Notes under the pieces: model-generated
What the model saw: only the letters and a program-made list of their open reading frames with translations
Told to the model about the DNA's origin: nothing
Database searches by the model: none
In this document: positions 1 through 10,193 of the stretch, piece by piece
Numbering within the stretch: position 1 is the stretch's first letter
Layout of the letters: each line of letters starts with the position of its first letter
IMG/VR virus record: IMGVR_UViG_3300045988_165974
Span: 32,001-96,000 of that record
Direction: 5' to 3' (one strand)
DNA from: a virus
DNA: 64,000 bases
Position numbers and translations under genes: made by a program

Positions 1-353
1 TCAGTTTCTTCATCTGTTTCATAAGTTATTTCTGTACTTTCAGGAATTACTCCAATTGCTCTTTCTTCATAAAAAGTTCTTACTTCTAATCCTTCAGAGG
101 TTCTTGACAGTTTTAGATATATTTTATGTCCTCCAAAATCAATAGCCTCGTCATCTTCGTCTCTTTCTATGTATCCCACTATTGGAATATTTTTTAAACT
201 TTCTTTAGCATTTTCAATTGCATCTTCGGTAATATTAAGACCCTTGCTATTTTCCCCAGCATGGACAATTTGAAGTTTTACATTTTGGAATCTTGAATCT
301 TCATCTTCATTTGAGAAAAAAGTTAATTTACAATTTATATTTTTTGTTTCCAA
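1..353 (-). CDS. head-module protein, 5' part (gene continues past the window start)
   Basis: Open minus-strand frame from TTG at 353 (AGGAGGG just upstream) to nt 1. It has no stop in the window, so it is absent from the ORF track. It lies directly downstream of the portal gene. The scaffold/protease-like function is guessed from position only. Confidence 0.4.
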   Translation of the reverse strand, partial: METKNINCKLTFFSNEDEDSRFQNVKLQIVHAGENSKGLNITEDAIENAKESLKNIPIVGYIERDEDDEAIDFGGHKIYLKLSRTSEGLEVRTFYEERAIGVIPESTEITYETDEET

Positions 354-381
354 ATAGCACCCTCCTTTCTTCGGAGTTTAT

Positions 382-591
382 CTATTTAATATTTAATAGT
401 ATTTCCTTTATTTCCTCGTTTGACACTCCTATGAGAATATAAAGATATACTATTAAAAAGAAAATATTTACTAATGGTGTGAATATAATTAAACCTACTG
501 TCAATAGAGTTGCACATATGTTAGATTTGCTTTTCATCGGTATTTCATTTTCACTAGCAACATATCCTATTTTTAAACAAGTTGCAATCAC
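382..591 (-). CDS. small hydrophobic (membrane) protein
   Basis: 69-aa ORF. Most of it is one long hydrophobic run (TLLTVGLIIFTPLVNIFFLIVYLYILIGV). Confidence 0.3.
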   Translation of the reverse strand: MIATCLKIGYVASENEIPMKSKSNICATLLTVGLIIFTPLVNIFFLIVYLYILIGVSNEEIKEILLNIK

Positions 592-646
592 ACTTATTTG
601 TTGTTAGAATACATATCATTGCATATAATTTTCCCATATCATTCTC

Positions 647-829
647 CTATACAAACATAACATCCGTAAATAAAAATTTAGTTTTATCAGATAATTTAGA
701 AATTTTGTTTTTATCGTTTTCATAATAATAAAAAATATCATTATCTATTTTTTCAGATGTTATGTACTTAAAATTATAAAAATCTAATTCACTTTTATCT
801 CTTTTGTTTAATGCTACTATAAATTTCAT
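647..829 (-). CDS. hypothetical protein
   Basis: 60-aa ORF co-oriented with and packed against the portal gene. Confidence 0.3.
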   Translation of the reverse strand: MKFIVALNKRDKSELDFYNFKYITSEKIDNDIFYYYENDKNKISKLSDKTKFLFTDVMFV

Positions 830-839
830 CCAATCTCAC

Positions 840-2375
840 CTATTTTCCATTCTTTTCAGAATTAGATTCTCCTGTATCTGATTTAGAAGGTCTACCTCCT
901 TCATCTACTTTTGCAGAACTTGGAGTCTTATCACTCGAATCTTGATTTGAATCTGTACCACTTGTTTGATATGCACTTTCTAATGGTTTCATATCTTCGG
1001 CAACTTTTTCTAATTCTTCTATTTTAAGTGTATTCATAGCTCTAAGAGGAGTAAATCCCATTGTTGCAAAATATTTCCATTTAGAACCATATATAGTTAA
1101 ACCATCTTTTTCGTCCTTAGCCAATTGTCTCCAATTATGTTCAGTTGTTTTTACAAACTCTACCATCCAATTTCTAGTTTTTGAACTAGTTCTAAGTTCA
1201 TCATTTATCCAATTTTCTATTGATTTTTGAATAAATAATGGCAATAACACATCTACAGTTTCTCCATAACTTACTGCCTCTGTATTAGTTGAATTTCCAT
1301 TAAATATATCATTATTGATTCCTGCTGCATCATAAATAGTTTCTTTTACTTTATTAACATATTCAAGAGTTTTAGTTTGTGAATCACCTAATGTTATTTT
1401 TTCTAAAGGCATAGGAGTAGTAATTGCTCCACAACCTGTATTATTTAAGACTTTCTTTAAAGCTTCATGGAATTTTTGTAAAGTCTTTTTATCTAATTTC
1501 ATTCTACCTTTTTCATCGGTTTCTGCTTTTTGATATATTAAAATAAAGTTTTCTAATACTGCATTATTGTTTCGTAAATCTTCTAAATCTTCTAATGACA
1601 TTAAATTGTCAAATAAACTTGCAAAATAAGGAACTCCTTTTGTTCCCCAAACTTCTAATGAAAATGCAACTGCTTTATTATAATTACTTAAATCATACCA
1701 ACCATTATCAAAATTTTCATCATCAATTAATTGTCCATTAGTATATTTAATATATAGTTCCATAATTTCTTGAGGAAAATAGGCTAACTCTGTTGGAGAT
1801 ATGGCTGCTAAATTTATTTTATATCTTGAAACCATATTCCCAGTTTTGCTGCATATTTTACATAATTTATTAGGAATTTGTTGATATATAACACTATATC
1901 TATCCTTAATTATAAATAAAAAGATTTCTCCACAATCTAATATCTTTTCGGTAATCCATTTAGAATTATACTTTAAATTATATTTTTCTAATTCAGTAGC
2001 AGCCTTATATCTTGCCTCCCAAATATCTTCTTTTGTTTTATATTTACTTATATCTCTTGGAATTAAAAAATGGTCATATGTAAGAATTTTCGATTTGTAA
2101 TCTGTGAATTGTCTAACCATACCATTAGTATATTTAAATATTTCGGCTGCATCTTGCAATATTTCAATACTAGCAGTATTTGTTGGATTGGCTAAAGCTG
2201 TTCTTAATTGCTTTTTAGATATTTTTCTTCTTCTTGCTATTGAATCATATGTTGAGCCTATATATCCAACATTATTGTATACATAATTCGCAAAGGATTC
2301 GAATTCCTGTTTTTCAAAAGTAACTATATCACTTTCTGATTCGTTGATTTTCTTCTCTAAATCCAACTGATACAC
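840..2375 (-). CDS. portal protein (probable)
   Basis: 511-aa ORF starting 3 nt after the terminase large subunit stop. Its size and its Ser/Asp/Glu-rich C-terminal tail fit a portal. The GTG at 2375 overlaps the AGGAGG RBS, so TTG at 2366 is the likelier start. Confidence 0.65.
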   Translation of the reverse strand: MYQLDLEKKINESESDIVTFEKQEFESFANYVYNNVGYIGSTYDSIARRRKISKKQLRTALANPTNTASIEILQDAAEIFKYTNGMVRQFTDYKSKILTYDHFLIPRDISKYKTKEDIWEARYKAATELEKYNLKYNSKWITEKILDCGEIFLFIIKDRYSVIYQQIPNKLCKICSKTGNMVSRYKINLAAISPTELAYFPQEIMELYIKYTNGQLIDDENFDNGWYDLSNYNKAVAFSLEVWGTKGVPYFASLFDNLMSLEDLEDLRNNNAVLENFILIYQKAETDEKGRMKLDKKTLQKFHEALKKVLNNTGCGAITTPMPLEKITLGDSQTKTLEYVNKVKETIYDAAGINNDIFNGNSTNTEAVSYGETVDVLLPLFIQKSIENWINDELRTSSKTRNWMVEFVKTTEHNWRQLAKDEKDGLTIYGSKWKYFATMGFTPLRAMNTLKIEELEKVAEDMKPLESAYQTSGTDSNQDSSDKTPSSAKVDEGGRPSKSDTGESNSEKNGK

Positions 2376-2378
2376 CTC

Positions 2379-3490
2379 CTATGTTAAGAATACAAATGTA
2401 TCATCATCTGTGGTACTATTTGCATTTTCTTCTTCTTCTAGGTAGTCTGCTAAGAAGTTAGCATATCCAAGGCTAGAATATCTATCTTTTCTAGCTCTAC
2501 CTCTTTCTTTTATCTTGATGTATTTACCACCTTCAATACTATGGTCTAAATTTATAAGCTCATTAACTAAAGCTGTTGTTTGTAAAAATGGAGACATATA
2601 TTTAGCCTCTAATTCTGCTCTTAAATTAATATCTGTTATATCTCCTATCTTTTCTTCAAATATCATTTCCTTGGCATCTAAATGATTTAAAGGAAGTTCT
2701 ATTGTCTTATTCATAAGATTTTCTCTTAAACTCATAGCCACTTTATGATTTATTTCAGAATTTGGTTTCAATGAATATACAACAGGAAGGGAATTTCTTG
2801 CAGCAAATTCATCTACTGTATTGTCCTTATTAAAACAAGTAAAACCATCATACCAAACATCTCTTTCGTTATCATAATTGCTTTTTTGTAAATAACTCCA
2901 TACGGTTAACCCTAACCCTTGAGTATCTATTATCATATAATCTGCATCAAAATCATTAAATAATTGTTTTAATCTTATAGCTTGTGTTTCGGCTTCCATC
3001 CCATTATAACTTTCAATATTTACAACTATTCTTCTGAATTTTCCGTCAGAAGGAATTAATCTCATACAAGTATATACTGAGTTGTCATTTACAGAGCCTT
3101 TTGATAAAGCTATATCGGCAGATATTATTCTTATTTCTCCATTTAATTTTCTTAAATATCCTCTTTTATCTTTTTTCTTTTTCTTTTTATCCTCCATGTA
3201 CTCAATTGGAGTGGGAGGATAAAACATACTCTCTTGAGTTCTACAGTTATTGACAAATGAAGATTTAAAGAAAGCATCTTCTGATTCTCCATAGAATAAT
3301 CCACAATATTCCATAGCAAAACTTGCTTCTGTCATACTTTCTTTTTTCATTTCTCTTATTATTTTTTTCTTAGTTAATAATCCGTGGTCTAAACTACAAG
3401 TAAAAGGAATTGAACACATAAATGCATCTTCTCCTCTTACCATTGCATTTAAAACTTCCATACATTTAGCATAGCTCCAATGTCCTTTAT
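2379..3490 (-). CDS. terL: terminase large subunit, exon 4 (C-terminal/nuclease half)
   Basis: The frame continues from exon 3 across the junction ...LSSGW|YKGHWSYAKC. The four exons are 213+261+193+1112 nt, giving 593 in-frame codons. Confidence 0.8.
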
Positions 3491-4730
3491 CATATTGTTA
3501 TTAACCAATGGCTTTTTATCCATTGCTCTGGAGATTTCTCTCATTTGAAATTATCTTATCGGTTGGTCAATTCCAACCCAGATTGGCGTACATTTTTATT
3601 CTCTAATATTTATATGGCGAATATCGAATACTCTTGTTGATATTATATTCTGTGGAGGATGGCTATTCCCCAAACAGGTTCAATCAATACGCTCTACGAT
3701 ACTAATAACTCTTTAATTTTATTAGTTATCTCGGTATTTTCTTTTCTAATATTGAATTTATTTCTTTAACTTGTGAGTAATTAATCCTTATTAAATTAAT
3801 GTCATTCTTCTTACAAAAATTATTTTTTATGACATCATGCTTTTGTCTAATTTTAAATTTTTCTTTTCCTCCATAAAAATCGGTCGGTCTATAATGTTGT
3901 TCTCCATCAAATTCGATTGCAATATTAAAGTCATTTAAATAAAAATCAAAAGGGAGTGGACGAATATCTTTACAATACTTAAATTTATATTCTTTTTCAT
4001 ATTGTATATTATTCTTATCCAACCGTTCTGAAATTTTTATAACTCCAACACTTTCTTTTGATTGACAATTTGGACACTTTATTGTTTTCCCATTAAAATT
4101 TGAAAAAGCTCTAGTAAAAACACATCCACAATCTTCGTGTTTTAATGTTACTTTTCTTTGTGTATTAATTTCAATAATTTTAAATCCTTGATTATTTTTA
4201 TTTAAAACATTTTGCATATCTTCTATTGTTAATGTTTTATTTTTGCTTTCACATCTAGGACATATTACTTTTCTGTTTAAAAATCCTTTTAAATTTCTCT
4301 TAAAAACAAAATTACATTTCTTATGTTTTAAAGTTAAATAAGATTTATGAATACCATTGTATTCTAAATTAATTAATTCATAATCTTCTCCTATTTTTGA
4401 ATAAATATCTTCTAAAACTTTTTCAATAGGCTTGAACATTTTTGAGTTTGCATTTTCCTTAGAACAATCATTACATTGTATTTTATCTTGATTTTTAATG
4501 TTATAAAAATTTCTCTCAAAAATCTTTCCACATTTACATCTTAAAATTAATTTTTCAGAACCATTTTTATATTCTTTTGATAGCAACTCACAATCGGAAT
4601 TTTCTTCAATATAAGATTTTACTTGTTCATATGTAAATTTACTCATATTAACTCCTTTAAAGATTTTTACCGATATTACTCGATTACGGCTATAAGCACC
4701 CATATTTTACTTATAGCTAGGCAAAAGTTT
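3491..4730 (-). mobile_element. group I-like intron 3 of terL, carrying a homing endonuclease ORF
   Basis: The upstream exon ends in T and the intron ends ...TTAATAACAATATG (terminal G). A GC-richer structured core lies at 3491-3725, and its block at 3526-3563 is nearly identical to 6462-6499 in intron 1. Confidence 0.7.
3726..4703 (-). CDS. intron-encoded homing endonuclease: three Zn-ribbon repeats plus a DUF559/Vsr-like PD-(D/E)xK domain
   Basis: Repeated CxxC...CPxC units. C-terminal FDFYL..IAIEFDGEQH...K motif typical of Vsr/DUF559-fold nucleases. The ORF lies inside intron 3. Confidence 0.6.
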   Translation of the reverse strand: MGAYSRNRVISVKIFKGVNMSKFTYEQVKSYIEENSDCELLSKEYKNGSEKLILRCKCGKIFERNFYNIKNQDKIQCNDCSKENANSKMFKPIEKVLEDIYSKIGEDYELINLEYNGIHKSYLTLKHKKCNFVFKRNLKGFLNRKVICPRCESKNKTLTIEDMQNVLNKNNQGFKIIEINTQRKVTLKHEDCGCVFTRAFSNFNGKTIKCPNCQSKESVGVIKISERLDKNNIQYEKEYKFKYCKDIRPLPFDFYLNDFNIAIEFDGEQHYRPTDFYGGKEKFKIRQKHDVIKNNFCKKNDINLIRINYSQVKEINSILEKKIPR

Positions 4731-4923
4731 ACCATCCAGAACTTAAATATATCTCTTTGTTCTCTTCGATATATTTCTTCTTTAACATTGGATTATTTGC
4801 ATATTGAGGAAGACTTAAAAAACCTGGTTGTCTTGGATTTGTTAAGAAAGGTAATAAAACATCATCTAATATTTTTTGGTCTACCATTCTATATTCATCT
4901 ACAATCAAAATGTTGGCACGTTC
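4731..4923 (-). CDS. terL: terminase large subunit, exon 3 (Walker B)
   Basis: Encodes [13 protein letters not shown]... (Walker B ILIVDE). The junction DARG|ERAN with exon 2 is in frame. Confidence 0.8.
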
Positions 4924-6166
4924 CAATTTGTTATCCCATAAGCTCTTTATCTTATGGTTCTCATAAATTTCTTTATAAGTTCAGAGTACATTATCACTCT
5001 CATTTCATCTTAGCTCTCAATGAGTGTCGGAGGCTCTTGGAAGGATTATTGCTTTCATTTTGTCGCTCACCCTCTACTCGTTACGGACAATATTAGATAT
5101 TATTGCCCTCGGTATTACCACTACCCATTTTAGGGGTTAGGCTTTCTTACCAGTCTATCCCTCCTATTTCTAGGTTATATTTTTATGTACTTTCGACTAT
5201 GACCGATACACCCCGATTACGGCAATATGCACTTGAGAGTTTACATATTGCTAGGCTATTTGTAATATTTTGTTTGCTTTTATGTATTTTCTATCAAGAT
5301 AAATGGTTGCATTATCATACAATAAATGTACCAATTTCTTACATTCATTCTGTCGAGAAAAAGACAATTTATAACATGTATTGCTTAAATAAATTATTGA
5401 ATGTAATTCAAAATCTTTCTCCATTTTTTCTTTAATAAATTCAAAAATAGCTAAATTATTCCCTGCTATTGAGATATTAGGATATGATTTGTTTTTATTT
5501 TTCTTAAAACAATATGTACCATCTCCATCAATATACCCTCTTAGAAAATGTAAAAACAAAGTATTGTCTTCTATTCTTGGAAACACCTCTGAATAACTTT
5601 TATTTTGAACTATATTTTTATCTAATAAATCTAAATAAATTGATTTACTGTATACTCTAATAATGCAATTTACGCATTGTTTATTTCTAATTTTTTGGCC
5701 ATTTAAACGGTCAAGGGAATTATAATTACTAATTTTAGAATTAACTTTATAATAGTTATTAAAGTTTTTATTAAATTTATGTAAATGATTTATATCTTTA
5801 TAACTTAATTCTATTCCTAATTCATAGGTTCTATTTGAATGACTAATATATCCATCTGCATAAATAAATCCCAACCGATATGCTTTTTCTTCATTGTCAA
5901 TTTTATCAAAAAAACGTTGATTTCCTTTATCTTTATCAGAAATACTTTGTCTTAATTCTAGCTTGCCTTTTTGATAATCTATTGATTTTTCACTTCTTCC
6001 GATTAGTTTAGATAATTCTTTATTAGTATATTTTTTATAATTTTCTTTTAAAAATAAAATTTCTTCATCTTTCCGTTTTTTACTCACTTCGATTTCCTCC
6101 TAATTTTTTAAATTAGAAGGAATAAAGGCTTATACTCCTTTAAATTCCTAAGCAAACTTGAAAATA
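4924..6166 (-). mobile_element. group I-like intron 2 of terL, with a LAGLIDADG ORF
   Basis: The upstream exon ends ...AGAGGT and the intron ends ...GATAACAAATTG. A structured GC-richer core lies at 4924-5250. Confidence 0.7.
5251..6087 (-). CDS. LAGLIDADG homing endonuclease (double-motif)
   Basis: Two LAGLIDADG-type motifs (LGFIYADGYI and LRGYIDGDGT) in a 278-aa intron ORF. Confidence 0.85.
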   Translation of the reverse strand: MSKKRKDEEILFLKENYKKYTNKELSKLIGRSEKSIDYQKGKLELRQSISDKDKGNQRFFDKIDNEEKAYRLGFIYADGYISHSNRTYELGIELSYKDINHLHKFNKNFNNYYKVNSKISNYNSLDRLNGQKIRNKQCVNCIIRVYSKSIYLDLLDKNIVQNKSYSEVFPRIEDNTLFLHFLRGYIDGDGTYCFKKNKNKSYPNISIAGNNLAIFEFIKEKMEKDFELHSIIYLSNTCYKLSFSRQNECKKLVHLLYDNATIYLDRKYIKANKILQIA

Positions 6167-6427
6167 ACCTCTGGCATCTTGATTAGCTACAATAGCTTCT
6201 ATTCTACTTCCATTCCAAAATGTAATAGAAACCTCTTTACTATTAATCTGAATATCTTTAATTTCTTTTTGTAGAGCCTCGGATGTTTTATATAACTCTC
6301 CAATTATCTTATCTGTAATTATCTTTTGAGCTTGTTTCTTTCTCTTAGCTGCGACGATTATCTTTGTTCCTGGTTTTAAAGTGCAAATTAAAACTGAAAA
6401 AACTGAAATTAGCCACGTTTTGCCAAG
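6167..6427 (-). CDS. terL: terminase large subunit, exon 2 (Walker A)
   Basis: Minus-strand translation LGKTWLISVF...ANQDARG, 87 codons, with no ATG so it is not in the ORF track. It completes Walker A as CTRG|LGKTW. Confidence 0.8.
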
Positions 6428-7738
6428 CGATTGTTATTAACTGTAAGTTTTTTACCTTACACTCTGGAGGTTTCCCTCATTTGAAGTTATCTAATCGGTA
6501 TGTTAATTCATACCCAGTCTAGCATACACCTTCACCCTCGTTTAACGTTAGGAGATTAGATTTTACTCTATATCTAATAATTCTTTAAATTATTGTGTCG
6601 GAGGCTCGTGTTAGTATTATATTCTGCATAACAGTTTCAACTATAATGCGTTACGAATTCTAAATCCTTTTAAAGACTTAGTTCATCTCGGTATTAGCAT
6701 ATTTATTAATATAGAATCGAACAGTAGTATCACTAACATTCAATTCTTTTGATATTTCATCTATTGTATTATTCTTTTTAAAATACATGTCAATAATTTT
6801 ATTTTTTATTTTTGAAGTAATCTTTTGATTATAATTATAAGGATTAGAAACACCTCTAAGATAACCATTTACAGTACTACTAGGCAATTTTACAATATTT
6901 ATAATTTCACATTCTCTTAGTCCTTGTTCTTTTAATCTCATAACTTCATCATATTTTTTTAATCTTTCTTCATATGCTATTTGTTTTGTATTTCTATTTT
7001 CATATACAACCTTTTCTACAACACTTGAAGTATATCCTTCTGATGAAACTATTTCACAAATTCTCATACCACTATCATACAATTTTAAAATTTTTTCATT
7101 TCTTTCTTGTATAAGCTTCTTTTTCATTTTGTACATTAGTGGGTTTAATTCAGGATTTATATATTTAAAAATATTTCCTCTCGCAATTTTATCAATTTGA
7201 GATTTTGAGGTATTAAAAATTTTAGCAATTTCTTTTCTATCCATTAAGTTATATATTAAAAGTTTAATTCTTCTTATATCAGATTCAGATAGTTTGGAAT
7301 GTTTCATTCTTTTAGTATTACTTAACTTGATTCTACTTTCTATTGACATAGTTCCACCACCTTCTCCTCCTTCGGTAAGATTATACCCAAAATTTGGATT
7401 AGCAGTATTGAATTTATCAATATAAAACATTTCTTTATCATTTAATTCTTCTTTAGTTGTCTCTTCTAGTAATTCAAAAATAAAACTTTCTTTTCCATAT
7501 TTATCAAAAGCATTTTGTAAATGACAATTATAATGTTTACCTCTTCTTAACAGACCTTTATGTGCTAATATTCTGTCTTTAACATGAATTGATTGACCTA
7601 TGTATTTTTTATTATCTTTTATATTTGTTATACAATAAATTCCTACCATATTCCCTCCGATTACATTAATAAATTTAGCCTCCACCGATTCCCCCCGATT
7701 TATTACCCTTATATTTCTATAAGGGAGGGCATTGGTCT
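6428..7738 (-). mobile_element. group I-like intron 1 of terL, with a GIY-YIG ORF
   Basis: Exon 1 ends ...AGGGGT and the intron ends ...TTAATAACAATCG. It shares its 3' tail and core block with intron 3. Confidence 0.7.
6678..7685 (-). CDS. GIY-YIG homing endonuclease with C-terminal HTH repeats
   Basis: N-terminal GIYCITN...KYIGQS (GIY-YIG) and a conserved R/E/N core. The C-terminal half has repeated helix-turn-helix-like units. It is intron-encoded. Confidence 0.85.
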   Translation of the reverse strand: MEAKFINVIGGNMVGIYCITNIKDNKKYIGQSIHVKDRILAHKGLLRRGKHYNCHLQNAFDKYGKESFIFELLEETTKEELNDKEMFYIDKFNTANPNFGYNLTEGGEGGGTMSIESRIKLSNTKRMKHSKLSESDIRRIKLLIYNLMDRKEIAKIFNTSKSQIDKIARGNIFKYINPELNPLMYKMKKKLIQERNEKILKLYDSGMRICEIVSSEGYTSSVVEKVVYENRNTKQIAYEERLKKYDEVMRLKEQGLRECEIINIVKLPSSTVNGYLRGVSNPYNYNQKITSKIKNKIIDMYFKKNNTIDEISKELNVSDTTVRFYINKYANTEMN

Positions 7739-7951
7739 ACCCCTAGTACAGGACATTAAAAATTGGTCGCTTTTAAACATAAAGTATATTAATATCTGTT
7801 GGAATATATGAAGTGGAAATTCAAAATAATCCAAAGCGAATCTATGAGGGTTAGCTAAATAAAATCCACCCCAATATTCACCTATTCCTTCTAATAGATT
7901 TTCAGACGAATCATTAGATGTCAATTCTCTATCTTCATATTTAGTCCTCAT
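7739..7951 (-). CDS. terL: terminase large subunit, exon 1
   Basis: 71 codons, MRTKYED...ANPHRFALDYF...MSCTRG. Its start overlaps the stop of the upstream gene, the usual terS-terL arrangement. Confidence 0.8.
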
Positions 7952-8859
7952 TTACATCACTCGCTTTTTCTAATTCTTCTTCAAATTCTTTACTTAATTC
8001 AATGGCAGTATCTCCATCTTCAATTGTATATTCCCCTGTAGCAAGTCCTAAGAACTTAGCTAAAGGTTTTATAAGATATTTAGTTATATACTTTCCAATT
8101 CCATCTATATCTTCATACTCTTCTAATTTTACTAGGATTGGCTTCGTTCTTTCATAAATTTGCATTTTAGTACCAAAAGTTTCTCCTGCCGTTTCTCCAG
8201 CTTTTTTCTTTTGATTTGGTTTTACATCGGCATCTTGCATTTTAGAAGAAACTAATTTAGACATTTTTTCAAAGGTAGCCATATCTCCATTGATTCTAGC
8301 TTTCTGACCTTCTAATTCAATCACACACAGTTCCTTAAATAGTTTCTTTGTAGTAAGTTCTCTTGGAGCATAGAACTCGTCATACTCTTTATACGCCCTT
8401 TCTAGTATACGATATTCGTCATCCGTATACCCTTTGCCCCATTTAATTCTGATTGAATAGGTGATTGGAAATTCATCCTCTGCCCCTAATTCATCTAAAA
8501 TCTTTATTTCAAATAAACTATCTAAAGAAGTCTTTCCTTTATATTTCCTATGATTAGAACCCATTCTTCTCATGTAAACAACCATAAGAGGCTCACTACC
8601 ACCCCTCAACGGCTTTGCTAGTTCTTCATCATAATAAATATCAAAGTTCATGCAAAAGTGTCTTAAAGCCAGTAATTCATTCCCTTTATATAAACCTTCT
8701 AAAACTTTATATCTTTCAAGAAGGCAATCTTTACATATCGGAATCTTTTCATCTTCATATAAGGCACTATATGTACTGTAAAAATGTCTTTGCATTTCTT
8801 TTTCTTCTTTACAATCGTTGCATTTTAATTTTGGTTTTTCTACTCTTTTCTTCTTCAAT
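7941..8859 (-). CDS. possible terminase small subunit
   Basis: Lies immediately upstream of terL and overlaps it. The track ORF runs to 8969, but that extension crosses a terminator hairpin. TTG at 8859 with an AGAGGTGAG RBS is the plausible start. It carries CxxC...CxxC. Confidence 0.45.
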
Positions 8860-8873
8860 TGTTTCTCACCTCT

Positions 8874-8902
8874 AAAAAATAGACTGCCCAGAAGGGGCAG
8901 CC
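8874..8902 (-). terminator. intrinsic terminator after the ClpP-like gene
   Basis: Minus strand reads GGCTGCCC-CTTCT-GGGCAGTC followed by TATTTTTT. Confidence 0.6.
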
Positions 8903-8994
8903 TTGATAGGGAGATTGATATGATTAGTTCTACTTTAAGAACTAAAAAAAGCCTATGTAATATATACATAAGCTCGATTAATTCTTAAAATTAA

Positions 8995-9606
8995 TTAGTC
9001 TATTTCAGGATTCTCAAAATTATATACATCATGTGTATAAAATCCTTTTTTCTTAGCTTCTTTATATCCAAAGAATTTTAGACATGTTTCTGATTCTCTT
9101 AATTCTTTTCTTGTAAGTTTAGTTTTCTCTAACACTATACTATCTAACTCTCTTGATAGTTGTTTATCTGCTTTTATTATTGATTCCATTTCTTCTAAGT
9201 ATCCAGTCAATCCAAGTCCTTGATATCCTGTTCCATGTATTGCAATTTGAGAAAATCTAGTACCTGTTCTTATATCACATGATAAAAATAAATAAACTGC
9301 CATACTTGCACATTGTCCTATTATATGTCCAATTACAGGAGCTTCTAATTCTTCCATTATACTAAGTATTGCACATCCTGCATTTACACTTCCTCCTGGG
9401 GAATTAAAGTAAATTTCAACAGGTTCTAAAGACTCTTTATACTTATCTGTTTTTTCCATATTTCTAGCAACTATTTCTTCATCTTCATCTATAATATCTC
9501 TAAGCGATTTGATGATTTCAATTGCCATTTTATTATCTATTACTCCATATATTTCTAATCTTCTGTTAACTTTGTCTTTTATTTTATCTTTATTGCAATC
9601 ACTCAT
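8995..9606 (-). CDS. ClpP-family serine protease (prohead protease type)
   Basis: FNSPGGSVNAG, QCASMA (Ser) and IAIHG (His) match ClpP/S14 motifs. 203 aa, AGGAGG-type RBS. Confidence 0.85.
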   Translation of the reverse strand: MSDCNKDKIKDKVNRRLEIYGVIDNKMAIEIIKSLRDIIDEDEEIVARNMEKTDKYKESLEPVEIYFNSPGGSVNAGCAILSIMEELEAPVIGHIIGQCASMAVYLFLSCDIRTGTRFSQIAIHGTGYQGLGLTGYLEEMESIIKADKQLSRELDSIVLEKTKLTRKELRESETCLKFFGYKEAKKKGFYTHDVYNFENPEID

Positions 9607-9622
9607 ATAAATGCCTCCAATC

Positions 9623-9886
9623 TTAGTATTCTGTATCTACTGTTATTGATACATTTATTTTTTCTTTATCAATGTAATTTTTTAATATTTCTTTTATTTC
9701 ATGAACATCCATATCATTTTTTGTATCTATTGTTAATTTTAAATCTTCTTCTTTTTCTAATTTGTCTAAGACTTCATCTAATCCATAGACATTTTCTCCT
9801 ACTTTTGTTTTTTCTACAACAATTAGTTCTCCATTTTCTTCTCTAATTGTTGCATCTTTAATTGTTAATTTTGATACTTTTTTCAT
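9623..9886 (-). CDS. hypothetical acidic protein
   Basis: 87-aa ORF with an RBS, packed upstream of the protease gene. Confidence 0.45.
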   Translation of the reverse strand: MKKVSKLTIKDATIREENGELIVVEKTKVGENVYGLDEVLDKLEKEEDLKLTIDTKNDMDVHEIKEILKNYIDKEKINVSITVDTEY

Positions 9887-9912
9887 AACATCATTTCTCC
9901 CTATTTTTTATT

Positions 9913-9986
9913 TGGTAGCAGAAAAAGGATTCGAACCTTTAGTTTTGGATAATGAGTCCAATGTGTTACCATTACACTATTCTGCG
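9913..9986 (-). tRNA. tRNA with CAT anticodon (Met or Ile2)
   Basis: Cloverleaf read by hand: D arm GTGT-AATGGTA-ACAC, anticodon arm TTGGA-CTCATTA-TCCAA, T arm AAAGG-TTCGAAT-CCTTT. CCA is encoded. There is a C1:U72 mismatch. Confidence 0.8.
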
Positions 9987-9999
9987 ATAATATCTTTAT

Positions 10000-10031
10000 A
10001 AAAAAAGAGAAGGAGTTACCAGTTCCTTCTC
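10000..10031 (-). terminator. hairpin terminator between tRNA-Asp and tRNA-Met
   Basis: GAGAAGGA-N9-TCCTTCTC, with a T run on the minus strand. It adjoins the only opposite-orientation copy of the ACAGCAAT motif (10039-10046). Confidence 0.55.
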
Positions 10032-10102
10032 TTGTATAACAGCAATTTTTTAGATAATACTATTTACTTATTTAGCAACTTCAACTCAACTAAATAAGCG
10101 AA

Positions 10103-10177
10103 TGGCGACCTACAAGGGAATCGAACCCTTATCTTTGGATAGACAGTCCAACATAATAACCTTTATACGAGTAAGCC
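10103..10177 (-). tRNA. tRNA-Asp (GTC)
   Basis: Acceptor GGCTTAC/GTAGGTC, anticodon arm TTGGA-CTGTCTA-TCCAA, T arm AAGGG-TTCGATT-CCCTT, G73 and an encoded CCA. Confidence 0.8.
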
Positions 10178-10193
10178 ATAACTGGGATTGAAC

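Noticed and set aside
4623-5435. Plus-strand track ORFs 4623-5096 and 5103-5435.
   Set aside because: They run antisense through the structured cores and ORF ends of introns 2 and 3. They have no RBS and give low-complexity products, so they are by-products of the non-coding intron RNA sequence.
2379-7951. The terminase fragments as pseudogene debris, or as a gene needing frameshifts.
   Set aside because: The junctions restore Walker A, Walker B and the WYKGHW block exactly and in frame. The total is 593 codons. The intervening segments carry intact homing-endonuclease ORFs and shared intron-like ends.
7941-8969. Longest-ORF starts given in the track for several genes: 7941-8969, 26381-27391, 29992-30246, 30472-30807, 34989-35471, 35484-35675, 36257-36631, 43416-44369, 48230-49078, 49098-49436 and 63482-63925.
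   Set aside because: The upstream extensions cross terminators, ribozymes, promoters or the preceding gene, and they lack an RBS. Internal ATG/TTG codons with well-spaced AGGAGG/AAGGGG sites were preferred.
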